A stretch of 59,988 nucleotides of DNA, the filler included, from Jimgerdemannia flammicorona (lineage: Eukaryota), in assembly GCA_003990765.1 (NCBI GenBank). It is 3 parts of 3 records of this genome, joined end to end, with 100 filler letters (N's around TTAATTAATTAA, not from the genome) between each part and the next. Parts side by side here need not be neighbours in the genome. Positions count along the whole stretch, not along the records: positions 1 to 19,936 come from RBNJ01001801.1; positions 20,037 to 39,963 come from RBNJ01001802.1; 1 more part is not named here. The stretch is one strand, 5' to 3'. Positions 11,701 to 24,100 of the stretch are shown piece after piece (position 1 is the stretch's first letter; each line of letters begins with the position of its first letter). Position numbers and translations under genes: made by a program. The notes under the pieces are model-generated. The model was not told the DNA's origin. It searched no databases and worked only from the letters and a program-made list of their open reading frames with translations.

Positions 11701-13872
11701 GGATGGTCAGATGGAGATGGTGAAGAGAGGACATTTCTTGGCCAATTTCTTGAGTTGTAGCTTGTTGATGTGGATGATCTTTGGTCCAGGGTCACTAGAG
11801 TTAAGTGAGTCCTTTTCGCCTTGTAGTTTGAAGTTGTGGCGTCCTTTCTTGATGGTTAGAGAATGGTTTACCCAATCGATCATAGGGTTCTCTTGTTTTA
11901 ACCATGGGGTTCCAAGGATGATTTCGTTGTCAGGAAGTGGTATGATTTGGAGGGTAACATGTACTCGGTAGTCGCCAATTCGGAAGGGTAGATTGCGGAC
12001 TTCTTTGCTAATAACATGTGAGGTTCCATCAGCTGTAGCAACTGCTTGAGTTTGCTGTACTGGGGAGGTGAAGACCTTGAGTCTGTTGGCTGTCTCTTTA
12101 TTGATGAAGTTGCCTGAGGCGCCACTGTCTATCATAATCTTGACAGGTGCTCTGTTGACAAAAGCCTTAAGGGTGAGCAGTTTGTCTGATCCAATGGTGG
12201 TAATTTCAGTTGTAGGAGCCTTTCTTCTGTTAGTTCTTCTTTGAGCCAGTTCGTTGACACAAGAGAAGCAATCATCAATCATTCGGGAAGAGTACATTCC
12301 AATACCATGAGGGCATCGGCCACTTGGTACATATCCATCTTCTATCTTCTTGTAGAATTGTTCTTCTTTGCTCACAGTAGGTTGGGCTGGGGCCTTGTTT
12401 GAAGAGCCAAATCCTTTGGATCCTCAGATGGTGGGCAGTAGTTCAGGGACTTCCTTGACTGTCAGGGTTGACTCGATTTTTTCGAATAGGATCTGGGCAA
12501 TGCAGAAGCCAATAGGGATCTTGAAGGGTGTCCAACTGTGGTTTCGGATGAGGACAATAATTTCGCCTATATAATCTTCCTCAATGACTCCTCCTTCTAC
12601 TGAGAGTCCTTTCAGTGCTAGGCTGCTGTGACAGCATATTCTTCCAACATGTCCTTCAGGGATTTGGATACTGATTCCTGTATAGACTTATTTGATTTCT
12701 CGGTTGGAAACTGTAGCTTCTTTGGCTGCATATAGGTCATATCCGGCTGCTTTTTGACTTCCTTTGGTTGGGGCCTTAGCAGTTTGTCTTAACTTGACAA
12801 AGTCTAGTATTCTGGTGGTCAGGTTGTTGAGGTGGTGCAGAGTAGTAACAGTTGCTCATGTTGCTGTTCGGGGTTTTCGGTTGGGGCAGACACTGGCCAT
12901 GTGTCCTGTCTTTTGGCAATAGAAGCATGCTCCGCTTCTTCGAAGTTCATTCCTTTCGCCTTCAGTGAGTTTCTTGAAGGTACTCGGCTGAGTGGGTTCA
13001 TGATTTCTGGGTGTCCACGAGGTGGATGTGGAGGGAGCTCGGGATGCTTCATACTTGGGTTCTTCTTTCTTAGTCCAAGTCTTTTCCTTGTTGTTGAATT
13101 GCCTTCAGGGCAGAATTGGTCCAGCTGTTAGGATTCGCTTGACCATAGTCTTGATTCTTGCCAGGCACCATTGTTGGTGATCGCAACCAACTGGGCAGCC
13201 TTGTTCTTGGATTTTTCTAGTAAGCCATTCAGGTAGGGCATCGAATAAATGGTCTGCTCTTGTACCATTTCGTGCTTCATCATTGGCAATGTATCCTAGG
13301 CCAACAGTGTTCAGGAGTGACTCGAGTTTTGTACAGAAGGTTTCGAATTCTTCTTTGCCATGTATGTCAAATTTGAGGTTGTGGAGTTTTACTCGAGATT
13401 TAGCAATCATGGTTTCACTGCGGTATTGAGCAATCATGAGTTGTTTGAGTCCAGGGGCTGCAGGATGGGCTCCATATCCTGGGGCATTGTTTGCTACATT
13501 CTGAGCAACCACTGCAGGTCGGGTATCCCATGTGAGGGGTTTTTCAGGAAGGGTTCGCCACCATTCTTCGGCAGGTCCTCGGAAGAATGTAACAACTCGG
13601 CGGACATAGGCTGTAGTGGTAGCGAAGAGTTGTTCCAGGGTATGGTCCTGATTGTTTGTCAGAACGCGGTCAGCAACTCGCTCATTGGTCCATTGATTGG
13701 CTTCAAAGTTGGTATCAACTACACTAATGAAGCTTTGAACTTCTTGTGCAGTACCATTGAAGGTAGGTAGGCTCAGATTTTTTGTAGGTCGGGTCTGTTC
13801 AGCTAAGGCAGTAATGGTTGCTGCCATTATAGCTACTTGGGCTGTGAGATCTAGAATCTGTTGGTTCGCCAT
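8740..13872 (-). pseudogene. gag-pol polyprotein of family A with scattered point stops
   Basis: Gag 13105-13872; CFYCQKTGHMASVC ~12885-12930; dUTPase ~12400-12805; protease IDSGAS ~12120; RT YIDD ~11075; RNase H TDASDLALG; integrase HDAPTAGH...CDACQ, SMDF, SDRD, PETDGQTE; chromodomain EEYEVEQIL...YLVKWKGY...TWEP ~8790-8910. Confidence 0.95.
12400..12805 (-). pseudogene. dut: Trimeric dUTPase domain in-frame between zinc knuckle and protease
   Basis: AAGYDLY, HSSLA (degenerate RSSLA), GGVIEEDYIGEI, IAQI, (R)GSKGFGSS match dUTPase motifs 1-5; also present at ~2820-3225 and ~24505-24915. Confidence 0.9.
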
Positions 13873-14819
13873 GTTGATTGCTGGAGACGGTTGGACTACT
13901 GGTAGTGGTGTTACTGGTACTACTTGAGGTACTGGTGCAGAGTGTGATAGGGTTCTTTGGGTCTGTGTAAGTTGCTGGAGTAGTAGTTGTAGATCTGGAG
14001 TGAGGGCTTGATAGATAGCTGTTTGTTGCTGTGTAGGTATATTCTGTCCTGATGGATGTGTGTCTCCTTCAGTAGTGTATCCGGGATCGAATTCGGTGAG
14101 ATACTCCTCCTCTTCTTCGGTTTGGTCCCCATATAATTGGGTTTGCTCGGCATCAAAGTAGACAGAATCAGTTGTATATCTGATTTCAGATGGACTTAAT
14201 TCAAAGTCAAGTTCAGGTTTGGTATTGGTTTCAGATTCAGATAGGGTTGTAGCAGGGCCTGCTTCAGGTTCGAGATCAGGTAGTTGATGAAGGGTTTCTC
14301 TTGCTTCTTCTTTCAGGATATGGCGGGCCTTGCTGTTCTGGAATCGGTAGTATAAGGCGGTCTTGGTTCTGATGCAGTGAAAGTCGGTAGAGTTGAGCCA
14401 CTTGGCTACAGAGGCTTGGGCTTCATGAGGAACTAAGGCTAGAAAGACTGCTGCTGGTTGTCCTAGATCACTCGGATTTGTAGAGCTGACAAAACTCTTG
14501 TTGAGAAGAGTAAAGAAGGCTTCAATAAGACCTTCTTCATCTTGACTTGCTGGGTATAGTGCAAGGAGTTCGGTGAATAGAGTTTCGCCTATTTGTTGGT
14601 TTAACTTGAGTACTTCTTTCTTTGAATGAAGTTTATCCCACTTGTTGCAGGTGTGGAGGTCAAATTGTCCTTGTACGTCAGGTTCAATTCTCTCCAGATT
14701 GTCAGATGGTTCAGGATAAATTTTAGTTCAGAGGTTGGGCTTTATACCAACTTGTAGGAATTCGCAGAGGGGTTTGTAGCGGGGTGAGGAAGCGTCTTGA
14801 AGCGGAATTGGATTGTAAA

Positions 14820-14831
14820 CCACTGCTACCA
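14820..14831 (-). other. Primer-binding site TGGTAGCAGTGG (probably initiator tRNA-Met)
   Basis: TGG lies 3 nt after the LTR end. TGGTAGC is complementary to the ...GCUACCA 3' end typical of initiator tRNA-Met; host tRNAs were not checked. Confidence 0.75.
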
Positions 14832-14834
14832 AGT

Positions 14835-16899
14835 TGTAAGGGGGTTACTTTTTAGGGTGACCGTTACGTAGTTCTGGAAGGGTTTTCTGGGAGTTCTGGA
14901 TATTCTGGAAGACTGTTTTCTTATGGTCAAGATCAATTTCATATGGAGTACATCCTCTATGCTTATTGATTTCAAGATCGGGTTGGCGTCTCAACCAAAG
15001 TCCTTTTTTGGACTAGTTCTGGATGTTCAGGATTTTCCGTATTTCAGAAAGGTCAAGAAACTAAGACCAGCTTAGTTGAATTGGCATATCGCTGCAGACA
15101 ATACCCAATTAGGAAATTTCGTGACGGGGTTAGGAGTAGGACCTAACAAGGAGCAGATTTACTTAAGAGTAGTTTGTGGGTTATGGAATAGGTTTATTTG
15201 CTATTCATGATATTGCTATACTAGGAGTAGTTGTGTAAAGGGATATTGTGGGGAAGTGCTCAGGAGTTGTGTTCGGATTATTCAAGTCTGAGATTCTGAG
15301 GTCTGGGGGAGGGGGTATTTATACTAGTGAGGGACTATCTGGACTATGCTGAATATGGATATAGCACTAAGTGCCTTGCTGAGTCGGAATGCAGTCATGT
15401 AGTACAAGTGTGATCTGACATGTCAAGAGATCGTCTGACTGCTGAGTCAGTTCACAGTCACGTCATACAAGGCTAATCTAACTATACTATGACTGCTAGA
15501 CTATTTATAGGTTTAGGCACTATCTGGGTAGTCCTCGATGACATCACCATCGATTGCATCATCTCTGGTGAAGTAGTCATCTAGGAAGAGTGGTTCGCAG
15601 ATTACTTCTCCTTGTTGGCTAAGGTAGTAATACATTGAGACTTCATCTCCATCCCACAGGATAGCATCATCTGTTTCGTAAGCTGGATAAGGTGTTGGTG
15701 GGCAAAGGATGGGTGTATTGTCTTCACTTTCATCAGATTTGCTGTCTGCGTACCTTCTATAGGTTACAGTACTATGAGTTGCAGGGTTGTAGTAAGCTGG
15801 TGGCTGTGGTTCGAGTTGCTCGTACTCAGGTGGTGGGGTTGTTGGTTCGATCTCTAGGGTTGTTTGGAGGTACAGGTTATGTTCTCCAGTCTCTTCATTG
15901 TAGTTGAAGTAGTCAGGGGTGAACGCGGGTTGGTATTCGTGCCAGTGGTCATTGTCCCAATAAGTCTCATATGCAGTTATGAACTGTTGTAAGTTTATCG
16001 GCAAGGTTGGCGGAGTGATCAGGGTTGGCAGAGATCCTTGGCTTGAGGTCATGTCGGCGTCAGAGGGATCATTGTCTTCTGCTTCATCTTCATCGAAGTG
16101 GATTATATCGTAAATGTCCTTCATGGCATATCCGACTTGAGGCATTTGCAGGATATGGTCATTGGGGTGTGGAAAGGTTCTGTCTGTGGTTTTGACATAC
16201 TTGAGATACTTGTGGTTGATTTCTTGTATCATGTCATCGATTTGGCTATAGGACAGGATAGCAACCATTTCGCTGGTAGTGACTCGGAGGCGGGGAATAA
16301 AGGTATTGTACTCATAGAAGAGTTCTCGATGTTTGCGGGCGATAAGCTTTTGGTGTTGAGACATCTGGGTAGTATCTGTATCATGGTGGTGTTCGACCAT
16401 GTCTTCTAGGAGGCGGCCAATCTGGTAGTAGCTTGAGATTTGTCCAATTCGGTAGGCCTCGCTAAGCATGTTCAGGGCGTTCTATCGGGCTTCCACAAAG
16501 TAGAGGGGTGCCAGGCTATGGATATTCATGAGGGGCAGAGGGGGTGTGGCTCGGTTGACAATGGCATTCCAAATGTCAGCACAGATATGGTTGTAGATCT
16601 CGGTGGTCATGTTTGTGTGTTTGGAAGTTGTGGTTGTTGTTTGTTTTGGTTTTCTGATTCGACGCGTCTTGGTGCTCGGTATATATGCATTTGGTCCTGA
16701 TTGGTAAGGTTCCGTTTGTGTAGATCTTGTGTTCCGTGACTTCGTATTGACTCAGCTTTGTGTGCTGTGACTTCGGTTTGACTCAGCTTCGTGATCAAGC
16801 AGGTGATTTCCAGATTTGTTTGGAGGTCGCATGTGATTTCAGTGGCTTTGTTCAGAGGGTGATGTATAATTTCGGTGGCTTGGAGGTTGTGTGCTTACA
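14835..16899 (-). repeat. 5' LTR of family A (2065 bp)
   Basis: TG...CA termini; followed on the minus strand by the PBS TGGTAGCAGTGG. Confidence 0.96.
15513..16610 (-). CDS. Second copy of the LTR-encoded accessory protein (open 15513-16469; TGG>TAG at 16482-16484)
   Basis: Same-length 318-aa ORF, near-identical to 6925-7881. Confidence 0.75.
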
Positions 16900-16904
16900 G
16901 ATTG

Positions 16905-19900
16905 ACTGGATTCTGACAGCTGAATGTTGGGGTGCTGATGTCTAGAAGACTTTGGAGGTGGTGTGGTGCCCATGGTCTGATCACTGGGGACTGATTGGCC
17001 AGGGGCGGTTTGGGGAGAGTGGAGATGGACCTGGACATTGGTGTCTTAACTCCTCCCTGCTGGCCAAGAAGGGGTTGTGGGACTCATGGGTAGAGGACAT
17101 ATAGGCAAAGATTCCGTTTTGGAGGCAGGAGGGTTTATCTGTAGATGTCCGTTGGATGAGATTGAAGGAGACTGCGAGGGTTTATTGGGGAGGAGCTGGT
17201 AGGGAGGCAGGAAGAAGGAGGAGGAGGCAAATACAGTCTGCCTCCAATAGGCTGAGGAGATTGCAGTTGGAGTGGGCAGATTTGCTTGCGTCTGATGAGG
17301 TGGAGGATTGGAGGTTAGTGAGGGCGAAATTGGAGGTTGTAGAACTGCAACAGGTGTTGCGAGAGGAGGAGGAGATTCATATGCAAGGTATGGCGGCCAG
17401 GCTTAGATGGCAGGGGCTTGAGGAGGGGGAGTGGCCTACTAGGTACTTGTCTAGGCTCCTCAAAGCCAGGCAGGTGAGGCATAGGTGAGATGGGATCTTG
17501 AATGCTGAGGGAGAGTTGGTGCATGGCATGCAGCAGATCCTGGGAGTGTTGAAGGAGAATTGGCGGGGTCTGTGGAGTGAGGAAGAAGGGGGTGCTGATG
17601 CAGAGGCGATTGGTGACACACTGAAAGAGTGGGAGCCACCACAGGTAGAGGGGCTGGATGACTTGACCTTACCTGTCCAGGAGGAGGAGATATAAGGTGT
17701 CCTGGCAGTGACTAAGCTTGGGACGGCACCAGGGGAGGATGAGTTACCGTGGGACTTCTGGAAGAAGATGGTGGAAGTCCCAGGGATGCTGGGTGAGATG
17801 GCGGCCCTCTGTGACCATGTTCTTCTGAATGGCATATGGGTTGGTGAGCAGGACTTAGGGCTGGTTGCCCTATTGTACAAAGATAAGAGCCGGTGTGAGG
17901 ATTGGAAGAACTGGAGGCCAATCATGCTGCTAGATATGGATTGGAAGTTGGTGACTAAGGTGATTGTTGCAAGGCTACAGAAGGTTGCTCAACAGGTGCT
18001 GGGGGAGGAGCAGCGGGGCTTTGTAGGTGGTAGACTTATAAGAGATGGAACTGCCTGAGTACATGGCATTATTGAAGGAGCCCGGGCCTGTGGACTGGAT
18101 GGGAGACTGGTCTTTTTGGATCAAGAGAAGGCCTATGACCATATTTGGTGGGTTTGGTTGGGCAAGGTACTGGACAGGATTGGTGTTCTGCCACAGTTTC
18201 GGGCCTCTATATTGAGTTTGTTGGAAGGGAGTCGAGCAGCGCTGATGTGTAATAGCCACAGGGGTTTGGCATTCCCCTTGGGGAGAGGAGTCCCTCAGGG
18301 GGACCCACTGTCTCCTATCCTTTATGCACTCTCCTTGGAACCTTTGATGGACAGGATCTGTAAGAGAGTGACTGGGCTCTCTGTATATGACGTGGAATGG
18401 AAGGTGGGGGCCTTTGCAGATGACATGGTAGTTGGACTTGGATCAGTAGCGGATGTAGAGGCTCTTCGGGAAACAGTGGAGTGGTATGAGGCACACTCTG
18501 GAGCAAAGCTCAACTGGCATAAGTGTGAGACAATGGTGCTGGGAAATGGGCTAGTGGGAGGGAATGTCATTGGAACAATTGTCCCCACAGGAGAGGTGGT
18601 GTGGTACCTCGGTATCTTCCTCTCTGTATATGGATCAGTCCTACCATGGATATGGTGGGAGAGGAGGGTAGCCATTTGGGGAGAGGCTCTAAAAGGCTGG
18701 GGGGGTTATCACATCTCCCTGGCAGGGAGAGTGGCAATTCTGAATGTATACTGGTTCCCCAAGCTATGGTATGTGGCATATCACTTAGACTTTTCTACTT
18801 GGGTGGTAAAGAGGCTGATGAAACTGGCTAGGGATTGGATTTGGGCTGGTAGAAGAGCCCAGATCAGTTGGGATACCCTTGTCAAGCCAGTGCTTAGGGG
18901 AGGCCTGGGCCTTGTAGATTTTCCTAAGCGTCTACACTGCCTGTGAGTTTGGTGGTTGAGAAGGGCTGTTGATCTACAGGGTGGAGGTTGGGTGCCATTG
19001 ATAAAGAAGGTATGGGAGATGAGAGTCTCCCCCCAGGGGTCCACAGAGGATCTACTCTCTTTGGTGGGTCTGAATGGAAGCCGACAGTTATGGTATAAGG
19101 GCTTCTGGTGGGGAGTGGTTGAAGGGGCACACCGGATAGGTCTGTGCTGGCAGGAAAATGAGGGGGAGGAGGTATGGGGTCCAGCGATATGGCAATGGGA
19201 CTGTCTGCTTCTAGGGGGAGTTCCACTAGCTGAGTTTGACATTGGCAATGGAGTAGAGTGTCAGCGGCGAATTGGCCAGGATCTTTGGCCAAGTAGCTGG
19301 CAGGCGGTGAGGATTGGTGAAGAGTGGGATTGGGCAAGGATCTGGTCTTAGAGTATGGAGATCCGGCGGTGGCTCCCTCCCAAGTTCTGGGTAGTGTGGT
19401 AGCATATGTTGTGGAGGAATGTTATGTTGAACTTCCATGCTGGGTATCTGGTAGATGGGGGTCAGCTGGATTGTGAGGAGTGTTATAATGTTGGGCAAGT
19501 TGGGGGTTTTGTGCAAATGCCAGAACATTGGCTGGGGGAGTGTGAGGTTCTGGGTGACTTTTGGATAGCTGTAGGAGACTGCCTTGGGGTTGAAAGGAGA
19601 CCAGATGGGGAGAGAGGTCGCTGGGAAGATCTGGAATCTAGACTTGTGGGAGGTGTCAGTAATAGGTAGCTTACTATAGGATGGGTTGTGGCAGTGTGGG
19701 TGGGGTTGGCTGGACATTGGCTCTTTGTTTTTGAGGAGGGGTGACAGATAGGGATACAGGAGAAATTATTGAGATGGGAGGAGTTGGTGGCGGATTTGTT
19801 GACAGAGTGGTGGGTTGGGTGGGGACTGCAAGGTGGGTGACGTCGCCGGCTGGTGGAAGGGATCTGTGAGCAGAGTGGTGGGTGGGTGGTGATGGTGTTT
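16905..19900 (+). pseudogene. LINE ORF2, 3' part (end of APE, reverse transcriptase, CCHC)
   Basis: (D)WIL and SDH, then RT motifs in ORFs 17708-18058 and 18116-18946 (FADD), then a zinc-knuckle-like CEEC/EHWLGEC in 19406-19669. Confidence 0.9.
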
Positions 19901-19936
19901 GATAAAGTGGTTTTTCATCAAGAAGGGGTAGGGGGG

Positions 19937-20036
19937 NNNNNNNNNNNNNNNNNNNNNNNNNNNNNNNNNNNNNNNNNNNNTTAATTAATTAANNNNNNNN
20001 NNNNNNNNNNNNNNNNNNNNNNNNNNNNNNNNNNNN
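19937..20036. other. Assembly gap / artificial contig linker
   Basis: N44-TTAATTAATTAA-N44. Confidence 0.99.
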
Positions 20037-20699
20037 TTTAATAGACTCAATGTCCCATGGATTTTTATTGGAAGGGAACCTAGACTATATAGGCCAAAAC
20101 CCTCCCCCACCACCCATCAAGTACTGCCCCCCCATTAACCTAGGCTAGCTATTGTCCAGCAGCTTGACCATGCCAGGCACAGCAGGGCCTATGTGGCCTG
20201 CACCTCATTCTGCACACCATGCTCTCCCTACCACCAGGGGAAACCCAGCCATATGTCAATGACCAAAAGTGTATGCCCAAGAACCCAATGTATATATAAG
20301 GCCACACCTGAGCCAAATAGAATAGCCCCTGCCACTCCAAAGAGAATGACAGACAAAGCACAACATGGTGGGTAGGGCCTAGTTCTCCCAGTCGAGGTGA
20401 GTAAAGGACTTACACATGAGGCGGGAGGAGACCCCCAATACCCCACTACTCAAGTCTGTGGGCCTTGATCACATTGCCATGTCAGCTCCCGGTTCCAGTT
20501 GAGTGCAGTCAAGATACCTGAAATGGGTAGCCTCAGGCCCCCTGACCCCCCCTGACAACCAGGCCCAATCTGCCAAATTGCCAAAAGAAGCCAAGAGTGA
20601 CACCTACCACCTAACTGCACTACACCAATCAAAAGACCCCACCGAAGCAGCACCTGCCCCAGCCCTGATGACCACCCCCAGCCTGGCACCCTACTGGTT

Positions 20700-21190
20700 C
20701 ACTGTTATCGCCCTTTCTCCTATCTGTGATGGCCATCTCCCCTCCCATCCCAACACCACCTGAAAAACAGTCACCTATACCAGAACTGCACTCACTGGGA
20801 AGCTCACCAAAGCTAGAGGACTCCACCACAGGCACCGAGGACCTACAGGTAACCTATACTGAGCACTTGATGCCCAAGGTTGGCCAACTTCCTATGTAGC
20901 CTGAGACACACTGAGACAGTACCTTGTTGGTGATGGCAAAAAGAAGAAGGCACTACACCAAAATGAGTGCACTCTAGATACAGCCGAAGGCACCAGAAAC
21001 CATGAAAAAGTGGAGAAGACACTGATCTGATACCAATAAAGGGGCAACTCATCACCATTGCCTCCCTCCTACTGCCCTGCAACAGGTACAGCAAACCAAC
21101 CCAAGGTAGAGGGGGTAATAATTGTGGAAAGTGGACTCGGAAGATTGCCTACCAAACCATTGTGACCAGTAAGGTAGCAGAGAAAGATGC
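20700..21190 (+). repeat. Unclassified dispersed repeat; second copy inverted at ~59505-59988
   Basis: For example GATGGCCATCTCCCCTCCC...GAAAAACAGTCACCTATACCAGAACTG and GTGGACTCGGAAGATTGCCTACCAAAC match the reverse complement of the window end. The repeat probably extends left toward 20037. Confidence 0.8.
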
Positions 21191-21194
21191 CATC

Positions 21195-24100
21195 TATAAT
21201 TAGTTTTGGTGTACTGTACTATTACAAAAGGAAACTGAAGTACCAAACTCAAACTGAGATAAGAAGAACTCTATCTCATCTATCAAAGGTTCATGAACTG
21301 CACTTATCAACTCAAGACCAAGATACACCACAACTATACAAAGACCTCATTACTTAGCAGAAACAAAACACATTTGAACAACTCTGTTTGCTCTATCTGT
21401 ATCACCTCTATTGGAGAATAATAGATACTTCATCTGAACTCAAGAAAGCTGACATTGTCGAAACCAATCTCAAGCCCATCCACGTGATAGATATTACTAC
21501 TAGAAATTGTCTCAGATTATAGAAAATATCATTTCCAAGAGGTTTGAACTCCCAGCCATGAAATTGGGAGCCCTCGCTCTAGACAAGGTTGGCCAGTCCT
21601 CACAAATGTGCTAGCAGTCCAAAAAAAAGAGAACCAAGACCTGTTATCTTTGTACAACCACCACCACTGAGGACAGCCTTAATTTTACAAGAGACAGAGG
21701 TGATGATACCTTTGAAACTGATGATATCAGAAGTCAGAAAACTGCTCAGACTTTGCCAGAGATGATGTCATTAATAGTGATATCATCAAAGACTAACCAG
21801 ACAGCATCTAAATCTATAAATAGCTTAGCAGTCATAGTATAGTTAGATTAGCCTTGTATGATGTAATTATGAACTGACTCAGCAGTCAGACAATCTCTTG
21901 ATATGTCAGATCACACTTATACTATATAACTGTATTCTGACTCAGCAAAGTACTAAGTGCTACATCCATAGTCCAGATAATCCCTCACTAGTATAAATAC
22001 CCCCTCTCTCAGACCTCAGAATCTCAGACTTGAACACACAAGAACATTCCTGAATACTTCTCCACAACATTCCTTTACACAACTACTCCTAGTATAGCAA
22101 TATCATAAATAGCAAATAAACCTATTTAATAACCCACAAACCACTCTTAAGTAAATCTGCTCTCTGTTAGGTCCCACTCCTAACTATATCATGAAATTTC
22201 CTAATTGGATATTGTCTGCAGTGATACACTGATTCAACTAAGCTGGTCTTAGTTTCTTGAACTTCCTGAAATATGGAAAAACCTGAACATCCAGAACTAG
22301 TCCAAAAAAGGACTTTGGTTGAGATGTCAACCCAATCTTGAAATCAGTAAGCATAGAGGACATACTCTATACAAAATTGATCTTGACCTTAAGAAAATGG
22401 TCTTCCAGAATATCTAGAACTTCCAGAAAACCCTTCCAGAACTACATAACAGTTACTCTAACAAGTAACTCTCTTACAACTTGGTAGTAGTAGTTTACAT
22501 TCCAATTCTGCTTCAAGATGCTTCCTCACCCTGCTACAAATACCTCTGAGAATTCCTACAAGTTGGTATAAAGCCCAACCTCTGAACTGGAATTTATCCC
22601 AAACCATCTGACAATCTGGAGAGAATTGAACCTGGCATACAAGGACAATTTGACCTCCACACCTGCAATAAGTGGGACAGACTTCATTCAAAGAAAGAAG
22701 TACTCCAACTAAATCAGCAGATAGACAAAACCCTATACACCAAACTCCTTGCTCTACACCCAGCAAGTCAAGATGAAGAAGGTCTTATAAAAGCCTTCTT
22801 TACTCTTCTCATCAAGAGTTTTGTCAGCTCTATAAATCCAAGTGATCTAGGATAACCAGCAGCAGTCTTTCTAGCCTTAGTTTCTTACAAAGCCCAAGCC
22901 TCTGTAGCCAAGTAGCTCAACTCTACCAACTTTCACCATACCAGGACCATGACCACATTATACTACTAATTCCAGAATAGCAAGGCCCACCATATTCTTA
23001 AGGAAGAAGCAAGAGAAACCCTTTGTCAACAACCTGACCCTGAACCAGAAGCAGGCCCAGCTACAGTCCTACCTGAACCTGAAACCAATACTGAACCAGA
23101 ACTTGACTTTGAATTAAGTCCATCTGAAATCAGATATATAACTGATTCTGTCTACTTTGATACTGAGCAAACCCAACTACATGAGACCAAGCCAAAGAGG
23201 AGGAGGAGTATCTCAGTGAATTCAATCCTGGATATACCATCAAAGGAGACACACCTCCATTAGGACAGAACCCACCTACATAGCAATGGACAGCTATCTA
23301 TTGAGCCCTCACTCCAGATCCACAACTATTACTCCAGCAACTTACACAGACTCAAAGACCCCCATCACACTCTGCATCAATACCTCAAGTAGTACTAGTA
23401 ATACTACTATCAGTAATCCAACCATCTCTAGCAAACAATATGCAAACCAACAGATTCTAGATCTTATAGCTCAGATAGCCATAATGGCAGCAACCATTAC
23501 TGCCTTAGCTGAATAGACCTGACCAACCAAAAATCTGAGCCTACCTATCTTCAATGGTACTGCTCAAGAAGTCCAAAGCTCCATTAGTGTAGTTGACACT
23601 AACTTCAAAGCCAATCAATGGACCAATGAGCAAGTTGCTGACCACCTTCTGACAAACAATTAAGACCACACTCTGGAACAACTCTTTGCTACTACTATGG
23701 TCTATGTCTATCGAGTTGTTACATTCTTCTGAGGACCTGTTGAAGAATGGTGGTGAACCCTTCCTGAAAAACCCCTCACATTGGATACTCAACCTGCAGT
23801 AGTTGCCCAGAATGCAGCAAACAATGCCCCAGGATATGGAGCCCATCCTGCAGCCTCTGGACTGAAATAACTCATGATTGCTCAATACCACAGCAAAACC
23901 ATGATTGCCAAATCTCAAGTTAAACTCCACAACCTAAAATTTGATATATATGGCAAGGAGGAATTTGAAACCTTTTGTACAAAACTCGAGTCACTTCTAA
24001 ACACTGTTGGCCTAGGATACATTGCCAATGATGAAGCATGAAATGGTACAAGAGCAGACCATTTATTCAATGTACTACTGGAATAGCTTACTAGAAAAAT

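Larger units (their letters stand above)
6238..16899 (-). mobile_element. Full-length Ty3/gypsy chromovirus family A (LTR-gag-NC-dUTPase-PR-RT-RH-IN-chromodomain-LTR)
   Basis: Direct repeats 6238-8311 and 14835-16899, both TGTAAG...CTTACA. 5-bp TSD GATTG at 6233-6237 and 16900-16904. PBS, PPT and all pol motifs are present. Confidence 0.97.
3482..19936 (+). mobile_element. L1/Tx1-clade non-LTR retrotransposon (LINE), degenerate, split by the gypsy A insertion
   Basis: ORF1-like region ~3563-5605. ORF2 from ATG 5637 has APE motifs (LNVNGL, LLQDV, LGGDFN, GTRI|DWIL across the insertion, SDH). RT motifs: APGEDELP, WRPIMLL, QRGFVGGR, LDQEKAYD, GVPQGDPLSP, AFADD. C-terminal CxxC...H...C (CEEC...EHWLGEC). 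Confidence 0.92.

Noticed and set aside
19937..20036. TTAATTAATTAA palindrome within Ns (also 39964-40063)
   Set aside because: Artificial all-frame-stop scaffold linker, not biology; it also invalidates the XXX-LIN end of ORF 38895-40019.
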